This document shows, piece by piece, positions 27,855 through 36,563 of a stretch of 52,895 bases of DNA. Within the stretch, counting starts at the first letter, position 1, and each line of letters opens with the position of its first letter. Below the pieces are notes generated by a model. The model did no database searches and was not told where the DNA came from. It saw only the letters and a program-made list of their open reading frames with translations. Both the position numbers and the translations under genes were made by a program. Source of the stretch: an uncultured Tepidimonas sp. (lineage in GTDB: Bacteria > Pseudomonadota > Gammaproteobacteria > Burkholderiales > Burkholderiaceae_C); contig CAZEZY010000001.1 of assembly GCA_964516635.1 (NCBI GenBank), forward strand, positions 1 through 52,895, in the 5' to 3' direction.

Positions 27855-28805
27855 TCACACAGAAGCGCCTGCATTCGGGTCATCCGGGTCTTCCGCTTTG
27901 CGGGTCGGTTTGACCAGATCCTCCCGGCGAATACCCAGCCACATGGCAACCGCAGAGGCCACAAAAATCGACGAATAGATGCCGAACAGGATGCCGATGG
28001 TCAGCGCTAGCGCGAAGTAGAACAGGGTGGGCCCCCCGAACAGCAGCATGGAAATCACCATCACTTCGGTGGAGCCGTGTGTGATGGCCGTTCGGCTCAT
28101 GGTGCGGGTGATGGCGTGATCAATCACCTCACGGGTGGTCATCTTCCGCTGACGTCGGAAGGTTTCACGGATGCGGTCGAAAATCACCACGGACTCGTTG
28201 ACCGAATAACCGAGGACCGCCAGAACCGCTGCCAGCACGGCCAGGGAGAACTCCCACTGAAAAAAGGCGAAAAAACCCAGCACGATCACCACATCGTGCA
28301 GGTTGGCAATGATGGCGGCCACCGAGTACTTCCACTCGAACCGGAAGGCCAGGTAGATCATGATGCCCAGAATCACGAAAGCCAGGGCCATCAGGCCGTC
28401 CTCGGCCAGTTCTCGGCCCACCTGGGGCCCGACGAATTCCGTCCGGCGCAATTCCACGGCCGGGTTCTGTGCGCGCAGGGCTGCCAGCACGATCTCGCTT
28501 TGCTGCCCCGATGTCTGGCCCTGCACCAGCGGCAGCCGCATCAGCACCTCGCGTGACGTGCCAAAGTTCTGCACCGGCACTTCGGTGTAGCCCAGGCCGG
28601 AGATGACCTCACGGATGGCGGGCAGATCGGCGGGTTGCTCGTAAGCCACCTCGATGACCGTGCCCCCGGTGAACTCGACCGAGAGGTTCAATCCTCGGGT
28701 CACGAGGAAAAACACGGCCAGCACGAAAGCCGTGATGGAGATCGCGTTCAACAGCACCGCGTGCCGCATGAACGGGATGTCTTTCTTGATTCGGAAAAAT
28801 TCCAT
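27855..28805 (-). CDS. secF: protein translocase subunit SecF
   Basis: Track ORF trimmed to MEFFRIKKDIPFMRH. LSVEFTGGTVIEV and a conserved RND-like TM core. Confidence 0.92.
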   Translation of the reverse strand: MEFFRIKKDIPFMRHAVLLNAISITAFVLAVFFLVTRGLNLSVEFTGGTVIEVAYEQPADLPAIREVISGLGYTEVPVQNFGTSREVLMRLPLVQGQTSGQQSEIVLAALRAQNPAVELRRTEFVGPQVGRELAEDGLMALAFVILGIMIYLAFRFEWKYSVAAIIANLHDVVIVLGFFAFFQWEFSLAVLAAVLAVLGYSVNESVVIFDRIRETFRRQRKMTTREVIDHAITRTMSRTAITHGSTEVMVISMLLFGGPTLFYFALALTIGILFGIYSSIFVASAVAMWLGIRREDLVKPTRKAEDPDDPNAGASV

Positions 28806-28821
28806 GGTGATCGACTCCCGT

Positions 28822-30708
28822 TCAATCGGCCTTGAGCGCAGTTTTGCCCGAGTCATCGGCCCGCCAGACGGTACCGATGGAGAGGCCTTTGAGCTTTTTC
28901 TGTCGGCCATACCAGACATTCACCAGACCTCGCGAGAAAAACACGGCCGAGAACATGCTGGTGAGAATGCCGATGCAGTGCACCACCGCGAAACCCCGCA
29001 CCGGGCCAGAGCCGAAAGTCAGCAAGGCGAGGCCCGCCAGCAAAGAGGTGATGTTGGAATCGAGAATCGTGCCCCAGGCGCTGTCGTAGCCGGTGTTGAT
29101 CGCCGTCTGGGGCGCGGAGCCATTTCGCAACTCTTCCCTGATGCGCTCGTTGATCAGCACGTTGGCATCGATCGCCATGCCCAGCGCGAGCGCCATCGCC
29201 GCCATGCCAGGCAGGGTGAGGGTGGCCTGCAACATGGACAGCACGGCAACCAGCAACATCAGGTTGAACGCCAGCGCAATGCTGGAGAAGACCCCGAACA
29301 GGAGGTAATACACGCTCATGAACGCGATGATGACCATGAAGCCCCACATCACGCTGTTGAAGCCCATCCGGATGTTTTCGGCGCCCAGGCTGGGGCCGAT
29401 CGTGCGCTCCTCCACGATTTCCATCGGCGCTGCCAGAGAGCCCGATCGCAGCAGCAGTGCGATGTCGGTGGCCTCGGTGGTGGTCATGCGGCCAGAAATC
29501 TGCACGCGACCACCTCCGATTTCGGTACGGATGACAGGTGCCGTGACCACTTCGCCCCTCCCTCGCTCGAACAGCAGGATGGCCATGCGTTTGCCAACGT
29601 TCTCTCGCGTCACGTCACGGAAGATGCGAGACCCTTTGGCGTCCAGCGTGAGGTGCACCGCCGGCTCCTGGTTCTGGCTGTCGAAACCGGCCTGGGCATC
29701 GGTGAGGTTTTCACCGGTCAGCAGCACATCCCGGCGCGTGATCACGGGCTGGCCATTGCGGTCCAGGTGTCGTTCTGAGCCAAACGGCACCGGACCGGTC
29801 CCCCGTTCGGCAGACTGGCCCTCGGGGCTTTCGTCGACCAGACGAACTTCCAGCGTCGCGGTACGACCAAGGATGTCCTTGGCCTTGGCGGTGTCCTGTA
29901 CGCCGGGCAACTGGACGACGATGCGATCAATCCCCTGCTGCTGAATGACCGGTTCGGCCACGCCCAGTTCGTTGATCCGGTTGTTCAGGGTGGTGATGTT
30001 CTGCCGCAGCGCCTGCTCCTGGATGCGCCGCGCGGCATCCGCCCGCAGGGTACCAACGAGTTTCAGCTCCGAACCGTCGGTCGTCCGTTCGAACTGCAAT
30101 TCAGCAAACTGCTCTTCCAGAACACCCAGGGCGGCCAACTGGGTTTCGGCATCACGGAATCGCAATTCGATGGACTGCCCTTCACGCCGGATACCACCAT
30201 GGCGAATGTTGCGATCGCGCAGGCTGGTGCGCATGTCGCTGGCCAGCACTTCGGCCCGCTTGTCCAGCGCGCCCGGCATGTCGACCTGAAGCAGGAAGTG
30301 CACCCCCCCACGCAGATCAAGCCCCAGATACATGGGCAGCGCATTGATGGACTGGAGCCACGCCGGTGTTCGAGGCAGCAGGTTGAGTGCGACCACATGG
30401 GACAGATCGGCGGGGTCGGGATTGAGCGCCCTGTCGATGGCATCACGTGCCTGGATCTGCGTATCGGTGGAGTCAAACCTGGCACGAATCGACTGCCCAT
30501 CGAACTGAATGGCCGCGGGCGTGATGTTCTGATCCGCCAGCACCTGCTCGACCCGAGTCACCGTGGTTTCGTCCAGCCGAACAGACGGCTTGCCCGATGA
30601 CACCTGGACCGCCGGCGCCTCACCAAAAAAATTGGGAAGGGTGTAGAGCGTGGCAATGATGACCGCAACCACGATGGTCACGTACTTCCACAGGGGATAT
30701 CGGTTCAT
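28822..30708 (-). CDS. secD: protein translocase subunit SecD
   Basis: 628 aa. MNRYPLWKYV N-terminus, LGLDLRGGVHFLLQVD, GPSLGAENI. Confidence 0.93.
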   Translation of the reverse strand: MNRYPLWKYVTIVVAVIIATLYTLPNFFGEAPAVQVSSGKPSVRLDETTVTRVEQVLADQNITPAAIQFDGQSIRARFDSTDTQIQARDAIDRALNPDPADLSHVVALNLLPRTPAWLQSINALPMYLGLDLRGGVHFLLQVDMPGALDKRAEVLASDMRTSLRDRNIRHGGIRREGQSIELRFRDAETQLAALGVLEEQFAELQFERTTDGSELKLVGTLRADAARRIQEQALRQNITTLNNRINELGVAEPVIQQQGIDRIVVQLPGVQDTAKAKDILGRTATLEVRLVDESPEGQSAERGTGPVPFGSERHLDRNGQPVITRRDVLLTGENLTDAQAGFDSQNQEPAVHLTLDAKGSRIFRDVTRENVGKRMAILLFERGRGEVVTAPVIRTEIGGGRVQISGRMTTTEATDIALLLRSGSLAAPMEIVEERTIGPSLGAENIRMGFNSVMWGFMVIIAFMSVYYLLFGVFSSIALAFNLMLLVAVLSMLQATLTLPGMAAMALALGMAIDANVLINERIREELRNGSAPQTAINTGYDSAWGTILDSNITSLLAGLALLTFGSGPVRGFAVVHCIGILTSMFSAVFFSRGLVNVWYGRQKKLKGLSIGTVWRADDSGKTALKAD

Positions 30709-30782
30709 GAGCGAGAGGCTCCGGAAAAAACCAAACGGCTGGGCATGAACCCAGCCGGCAGGGGATCAGGCCAACCGGCCGA

Positions 30783-31097
30783 TTACTGAACAGTGCCCTT
30801 GGGGAGCACCTGAACGACAGCGGTGCGTTGCATCTGGACTTCGACACCCGAGGCAAGTTCCACCCCGATATAGGATTCACCGACTTTCGAGACCTTGCCC
30901 AGCAGACCACCGGCAGTCACCACCTCGTCGCCCTTCGCGAGGGCTTCGACCATGGCTTTGTGCTCTTTCTGGCGCTTCATCTGAGGACGGATCATGACGA
31001 AATAGAGCACCACGAACATGAGAACCAGGGGCAGCAGGCTCATGAAGGTGGATGGGCCGTCACTGGCGGCTTGGGCGTAAGCAGGAGAGATGAACAC
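30783..31097 (-). CDS. yajC: preprotein translocase subunit YajC
   Basis: 104 aa. LLPLVLMFVVLYFVMIRPQMKRQKEH and GDEVVTAGGLLGKV. Confidence 0.92.
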   Translation of the reverse strand: MFISPAYAQAASDGPSTFMSLLPLVLMFVVLYFVMIRPQMKRQKEHKAMVEALAKGDEVVTAGGLLGKVSKVGESYIGVELASGVEVQMQRTAVVQVLPKGTVQ

Positions 31098-31170
31098 GGC
31101 GATTCCTGTGGATGTTGTTCAGGGGCTTGGCGGGAACCATCCCGCCACAATCAACCGCTCATTTTAACGC

Positions 31171-32145
31171 TCAGTTGGGATGGGCCTGCGCTATCACAGG
31201 AACCGGCTTGATGCGCACCGCCTGGAGGACGCCCACCACGAGCAAGGCGATGCCGATCAGCGTGGGCCAGGCTGGCCATTCGCCCCGCCAGAGGTAGGCA
31301 TACAGCAACGCGGCCAGGGTTTCAAACACGATCAGTTGGCCGGCCAGCGCCGTCGGCAGGCGTTGACTGGACTCGTTCCAGCACAGGGTGCCCAGCCAGG
31401 AAGCCAGCAGCCCGATCGCCACCATCAGACCGATGAAGAATTCAGGTCTGGGACCGAACGGCATGCCAAACGCGGAACCAGATCTGTCCATCCAGCCCCA
31501 CAGCACCGCATAACCCAACAGCGCCAGTGGCAGAGTGGCGATCCCTTGTGCGGTGGCCCAGGCGCGTGGACTTCGCCCGGGGTGGGCTCGCAGCCAGTCG
31601 GCGTTGCGCAGCGGATACCAGGTCCAGCACACCACGGCCCCGATGGCGAGCGCGGCCCCGATCCCATATCGGCCGAGCGAGGCAGGGTCCTGCGAGAGGA
31701 CGCGCGTCATTTCCACATGATTGACCAGCGCTATACCCGTCAGCATCAGGGCCAGTGGCCAGACCAGACGGCGCCAGGGGAGTCGACCATCGCGTCGGGC
31801 ATTTCGAAGATTGGCCGAAACGGCGATCACCACCGGCAGAGTGCCAATGATCATGGTGGACAATGGCCCACCGGTTCGCTGGATCGAACTGGCCAGAAAG
31901 GTGTAATACAGCAGGTTGCCAATCGCGGCCAGCTTGAGGGCCTCGATCCAGTCGCTGCGGGTCAGTCCTCGCAGATGGGAACGGTCCATCCAGGCCAGGG
32001 GAAGGCACAACAAACCAAAGGCCAGGTATCGGGCCACGGCCTGAAGGGTGGCCGGGTATTCGGGCAGCATGAGAGGGGCCACGAACACGAGCCCCCACAA
32101 AAGGCCCGCCGCCAGCGCAAACGCCACGCCCACCGCCATACACAC
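31171..32145 (-). CDS. DMT superfamily (EamA-like) transporter
   Basis: 324 aa with about 10 TM helices and a two-fold EamA-like repeat pattern. Confidence 0.72.
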   Translation of the reverse strand: MCMAVGVAFALAAGLLWGLVFVAPLMLPEYPATLQAVARYLAFGLLCLPLAWMDRSHLRGLTRSDWIEALKLAAIGNLLYYTFLASSIQRTGGPLSTMIIGTLPVVIAVSANLRNARRDGRLPWRRLVWPLALMLTGIALVNHVEMTRVLSQDPASLGRYGIGAALAIGAVVCWTWYPLRNADWLRAHPGRSPRAWATAQGIATLPLALLGYAVLWGWMDRSGSAFGMPFGPRPEFFIGLMVAIGLLASWLGTLCWNESSQRLPTALAGQLIVFETLAALLYAYLWRGEWPAWPTLIGIALLVVGVLQAVRIKPVPVIAQAHPN

Positions 32146-32202
32146 TCCACAGAAAGATCAAAGGTGGCGAGTCTAGACGGAACTCGGGACCTGCGTATCG
32201 CT

Positions 32203-35200
32203 TCAGGCCGCCTTGACCACTCCTGACAGCCCGCTGCCTTCCACAGGACGAGCGCCGCGCCACTGCCCCAGCAAGGTCTGCCAGCGCTCGCGCGCGGCCC
32301 GCAGGTTGCGATCCTTCACATGGCCGAACCCCTTGATGAGTTCAGGTACCTGGGCGATCTCCACCGCCAGCGCGTGGCGTTTCGCATCCAGCGTGCTGAT
32401 CAGTTCTTCGACGATGTCCATGTACTCGCCGATCAGCGCACGTTCGGTGCGGCGCTCCTCGGTATAGCCAAACACGTCCAGGGCCGTGCCACGCAGGCCT
32501 TTGAGCCGGGCCAGCAAACCAAAGGCTTTCATCATCCAGGGACCATAGGTCTGCTTGACCAGTTCGCCCTTGGCGTTCTTTTTGGCCAGCAACGGCGGCG
32601 CCAGGTGAAAACGCAGCTTGACATCGCCTTCGAACTGCTCGGCCAGCTTTTTCTGGAAAGCGCCGTCCGTGTAGAGGCGCGCCACCTCGTACTCGTCCTT
32701 GTAGGCCATGAGCCTGAACAACTGCCGCGCCACGGTTTCCGCCAGCGCGGTCTTGCCGGCGCCCATGGCGGCCGCTTCGGCATGCTGCACGCGGCGCACC
32801 AAAGCTTCGTAGCGCTGAGCGTAGACGGCGTTCTGATAGTCGGTCAGGAAAGCCGTGCGGCGGCGCAGCAGCGTCTCGAGGGTGTCGCGCGGCTTGAACT
32901 CGATCACCTGCGCCGGACTGAGCAGGGCCTTCACACGGGCCCAGTCGTGCGCGGCCTGGCGACCCCACTCGAAGGCGGTCTTGTTCTGCTCCACCGCCAC
33001 GGCGTTCAGTTCCATGGCGCGCATCAGCGATTCCCGGCGCAGCGGAATCCAGCCGCGCTGCCAGGCATAGCCCAGTACCATGGGATTGATGAAGATGCTG
33101 TCGCCCAGCAGGGTGGTGGCCATGCCATCGGCGTCGAAGGCACCGACAGCATCTGCGCCCACCGTCTGCACGATGCTCGCCACACACTGCTCGGCCGGGT
33201 TCTGCCAGCCGCCGTTTTTCACAAAGGCTGCGGTGGGTGTCGCGTGGCTGTTGAGCGCCACGTGGGTGCGCCCCTGCAGCATGCGCAGCGCGGTTTCCTT
33301 GCCTGCGGCCACGATGGGGTCGCAGCCGATGATGAGGTCGGCGGCCGCCATGCTCACGCGGGTGGTCCGGATGTCTGCCTGCCTGTCGGCAATCAGCACA
33401 TGGCTCCAAGTGGCGCCACCCTTCTGGGCCAGACCCGCCGCGTCCTGTGTGACGATGCCCTTGCCCTCCATGTGCGCGGCCACGCCCAACAACTGGCCGA
33501 TGGTGATGACACCGGTGCCACCCACCCCTGCCACCACCATGCCCCAGGGCTGCGCCGCGCTGGGCAGCACCGGTTCGGGCAATGCACCCAGGCTGGCCGG
33601 CGATGGCGCGGTCGCGCCCTTGGCTTTCTTTTTGAGCTGCCCGCCTTCCACCGTGACGAAACTGGGACAAAAACCTTTGGTGCAGGAAAAATCCTTGTTG
33701 CAGGTGCTCTGGTTGATGGTCCGCTTGCGGCCGAATTCGGTTTCCAGCGGCTCCACGCTCAGGCAGTTGCTCTGCACGCCGCAGTCGCCACAGCCTTCGC
33801 ACACCGCCTCGTTGATCACCACGCGTTTCGCCGGGTCGGCCATCGTGCCGCGCTTGCGGCGGCGTCGTTTTTCGGTGGCGCAGGTCTGGTCGTAGATGAT
33901 GACGGTGGTGCCCTTGATCTCGCGAAAATCGCGCTGGATGCGATCCAGTTCGTCGCGGTGCGCCACCGCAATGCCCTCGGGCAGCTGGAGGGTGGCCCCA
34001 CCGATGGTGGTGTGATGGGCGCCGCGGTACTTGTCGGGCTCGTCGGTCACGATCGTGATCTGGGCCACCCCCTCGGCTCGCAGGCTGTGAGCGATCTGCA
34101 GCACGCTGTGGCCTTCGGGCCGCTCGCCCACCGGCTGGCCACCCGTCATGGCCACGGCGTCGTTGTACAGGAGCTTGTAGGTGATGTTGACGCCCGCCGC
34201 AATGCTCTGCCGGATGGCCAGCAGACCACTGTGGAAGTAGGTGCCATCACCCAGGTTGGCGAACACATGCTGCTCGTGGCTGAAGGGCTGTTGCCCCACC
34301 CAGGGCACCCCCTCGCCGCCCATCTGCGTGAAACCCACCGTGGCGCGGTCCATCCAGATGCTCATGAAGTGGCAGCCGATGCCAGCCATGGCGCGGGAGC
34401 CCTCAGGCACGCGGGTGCTGGTGTTGTGAGGGCAGCCACTGCAAAACCAGGGCTGGCGGTCGGCCAGCGGGGTCTGCGCGTTGAGCACCTGCATCGAGCG
34501 CTCCTTGGCCTCCAGAATCGCGAGCTGGGCATCGACCCGGGTGGCCATGTCGCTGCCTTCGGGCAGCAGACCCCTTTTTTTCAAACGACGTGCCACCGCG
34601 CGGGCAATGATGGCAGGCGACAGGTCGGCGTTGGCTCGCAACAACTGGTTGGCACTCGGATTGGGCATGGACCACTCACCACCGCTGTGATCACCGCCCA
34701 CCTCATCGAATTTGCCCAGCACGTCAGGTCGGACATCGGCACGCCAGTTGTAAAGTTCTTCTTTCAACTGGTATTCGATGACCTGACGCTTTTCCTCCAC
34801 GACCAGGATTTCGCGCAGCCCGGTGGCAAATTCGCGCGTGGTCTGGGCTTCCAGCGGCCAGACCACAGACACCTTGTGCAGGCGGATGCCCAATTGACGG
34901 CAGGTGGCGTCATCGAGACCCAGGTCCAGCAGGGCCTGGCGGGTGTCGTTGTAGGCTTTGCCGCTCGCGATCAGACCGTAGCGGTCGTTCGGCCCCTCGA
35001 TGACATTGTGGTTCAGCCGGTTGGCACGCACGTAGGCCAGCGCCGCGTACCACTTGTAATCGTACAGACGGGCCTCCTGCTCCAGCGCGGTGTCAGGCCA
35101 GCGGATATGGACGCCGCCGGGCGGCATCTCGAATTCGGGCAGCACGATGGACACCCGCTGCGGGTCGATGTCAGCCGTCGCACTGGACTCGACGATTTCC

Positions 35201-35844
35201 TGGATGGTTTTCATGCCTGCCCAGACACCGGCAAATCGGCTCATGGCCAGCGCGTGAAGCCCCAGGTCCAGAATGTCTTGCACACTGGCCGGGAAAAACA
35301 CCGGCAAGCCGCAGGCCTTGAAAATGTGGTCACTCTGGTGCGCGGCCGTTGAACTTTTGGCCACATGGTCGTCGCCGGCCACCGCCAGCACGCCGCCCCA
35401 GGGCGTGGTGCCGGCCATGTTGGCGTGTTTGAAGACGTCGGAGCACCGGTCCACGCCCGGCCCCTTGCCGTACCAGATGCCAAAGACCCCGTCAAACCGG
35501 TGGCTGGCCGGCGGCGTGAAGCCCAGCTGCTGCGTGCCCCACAATGCGGTGGCGGCGAGTTCTTCATTCACCCCGGGCTGAAACACGATGTGCTGGGCCG
35601 CCAGATGCTTGCGAGCGCTCCAGAGAGCCTGGTCATAGCCACCCAGCGGCGACCCCCGGTAACCGCTGATGAAACCGGCGGTGTTCTTGCCTGCCAGGGC
35701 ATCGCGCTGGCGTTGCAACATGGGCAGTTTCACCAGCGCCTGCACACCACTCATGAAGGCTCGCCCATGATCGAGGGCATATTTGTCGTCCAGCGTGACC
35801 GTGTCCAGCGCACGGCGGATGTGCTCGGGCAGGGGGGCATTCAT
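32203..35844 (-). CDS. fused indolepyruvate:ferredoxin oxidoreductase family protein (IorA-IorB type 2-oxoacid:ferredoxin oxidoreductase)
   Basis: Track ORF 32203..36096 trimmed to ATG 35844 (MNAPLPEHIRRALDTVTLDDKYAL). A TPP-binding region, a CxxCxxC cluster (CEGCGDCGVQSNC), and a C-terminal IorB-like domain. About 1213 aa. Confidence 0.88.
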   Translation of the reverse strand: MNAPLPEHIRRALDTVTLDDKYALDHGRAFMSGVQALVKLPMLQRQRDALAGKNTAGFISGYRGSPLGGYDQALWSARKHLAAQHIVFQPGVNEELAATALWGTQQLGFTPPASHRFDGVFGIWYGKGPGVDRCSDVFKHANMAGTTPWGGVLAVAGDDHVAKSSTAAHQSDHIFKACGLPVFFPASVQDILDLGLHALAMSRFAGVWAGMKTIQEIVESSATADIDPQRVSIVLPEFEMPPGGVHIRWPDTALEQEARLYDYKWYAALAYVRANRLNHNVIEGPNDRYGLIASGKAYNDTRQALLDLGLDDATCRQLGIRLHKVSVVWPLEAQTTREFATGLREILVVEEKRQVIEYQLKEELYNWRADVRPDVLGKFDEVGGDHSGGEWSMPNPSANQLLRANADLSPAIIARAVARRLKKRGLLPEGSDMATRVDAQLAILEAKERSMQVLNAQTPLADRQPWFCSGCPHNTSTRVPEGSRAMAGIGCHFMSIWMDRATVGFTQMGGEGVPWVGQQPFSHEQHVFANLGDGTYFHSGLLAIRQSIAAGVNITYKLLYNDAVAMTGGQPVGERPEGHSVLQIAHSLRAEGVAQITIVTDEPDKYRGAHHTTIGGATLQLPEGIAVAHRDELDRIQRDFREIKGTTVIIYDQTCATEKRRRRKRGTMADPAKRVVINEAVCEGCGDCGVQSNCLSVEPLETEFGRKRTINQSTCNKDFSCTKGFCPSFVTVEGGQLKKKAKGATAPSPASLGALPEPVLPSAAQPWGMVVAGVGGTGVITIGQLLGVAAHMEGKGIVTQDAAGLAQKGGATWSHVLIADRQADIRTTRVSMAAADLIIGCDPIVAAGKETALRMLQGRTHVALNSHATPTAAFVKNGGWQNPAEQCVASIVQTVGADAVGAFDADGMATTLLGDSIFINPMVLGYAWQRGWIPLRRESLMRAMELNAVAVEQNKTAFEWGRQAAHDWARVKALLSPAQVIEFKPRDTLETLLRRRTAFLTDYQNAVYAQRYEALVRRVQHAEAAAMGAGKTALAETVARQLFRLMAYKDEYEVARLYTDGAFQKKLAEQFEGDVKLRFHLAPPLLAKKNAKGELVKQTYGPWMMKAFGLLARLKGLRGTALDVFGYTEERRTERALIGEYMDIVEELISTLDAKRHALAVEIAQVPELIKGFGHVKDRNLRAARERWQTLLGQWRGARPVEGSGLSGVVKAA

Positions 35845-35996
35845 GTGTGGTCTCCTGTGTGGTGAGGCAAGCCTGGTGGGCAACGCCGAAAACGCCCGGA
35901 TCAGGATCACCAACCCGGCACGTGAAAAGTAACGCAAAGTGTATGCCCTGTGCGCCGGAATGTCTTTGCTTTTCAGGCCCGGAAAAACCTCCTCTT

Positions 35997-36011
35997 CGAA
36001 AGAATCTTTCG
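35997..36011. promoter_or_regulatory. 15-bp palindrome CGAAAGA-A-TCTTTCG in the lrp/ior divergent promoter region (candidate Lrp/AsnC operator)
   Basis: Perfect 7-bp arms read directly; 15 nt upstream of the Lrp-family start codon. Confidence 0.3.
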
Positions 36012-36025
36012 TAAAATGGCTATGA

Positions 36026-36502
36026 ATGGAAACACTTGACAGATATGACCTCGCCATCCTGCAACACCTGCAGGCTGACGGGCGCCTCACCAACACCGAA
36101 CTGGCCCAGCGGGTGGGCCTGTCGGCCGCGCCCTGCTGGCGGCGCGTGCGGGCACTGGAGGAGGCCGGCTACATCACCGGCTACCGCGCGGTGCTGGACC
36201 GGCGCCGCATCGGACTGGGCGTCCTGGCCTTCGTTCGTCTGGATGCCGAGCGCAACACCGGCGACGCCACCCGGGTGCTGGAAGAGGCCATCCGACAACT
36301 GCCCGAGGTCATTTCCTGCCATTACATCAGCGGGGCTGGGACCTTTGAGATCCAGGTGGTGGCGCCCGATCTGGACAGTTTTTCACGCTTTGCCCTGCAA
36401 CGGCTCATCAACCTGCCCAACGTGAAAGACCTGCACACCAGTTTTTCACTGGGCGAAGTGAAAACCACTGGCACGCTCCCTCTGAATCATCTCAAGCCCT
36501 GA
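36026..36502 (+). CDS. Lrp/AsnC family transcriptional regulator
   Basis: LDRYDLAILQHLQADGRLTNTELAQRVGLSAAPCWRRVRALEEAGYI is an HTH_AsnC motif, followed by the RAM/AsnC_trans_reg domain. Confidence 0.9.
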   Translation: METLDRYDLAILQHLQADGRLTNTELAQRVGLSAAPCWRRVRALEEAGYITGYRAVLDRRRIGLGVLAFVRLDAERNTGDATRVLEEAIRQLPEVISCHYISGAGTFEIQVVAPDLDSFSRFALQRLINLPNVKDLHTSFSLGEVKTTGTLPLNHLKP

Positions 36503-36563
36503 GCCGGATTCCGGACCCGGTGGTGCTACAGTCCGCGATGACAGACAGGATTCATACCGAGCC

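Noticed and set aside
32320-35352. A 1010-aa ORF on the plus strand, entirely inside and antisense to the indolepyruvate oxidoreductase gene. Similar long antisense ORFs occur at 9759..11201 (metY), 13547..14860 (priA), 15578..17020 (rep), 21375..22898 (fmt/def), 23345..24499 (LysM gene), 44785..46104 and 6485..7615.
   Set aside because: Their translations are low-complexity, Arg/Gly/Ala/His-rich and lack any domain motifs. The sense-strand partners have unambiguous conserved motifs along their full length. In high-GC genomes, stop codons are depleted in frames antisense to genes with GC-rich third positions, so such shadow ORFs are expected artefacts.
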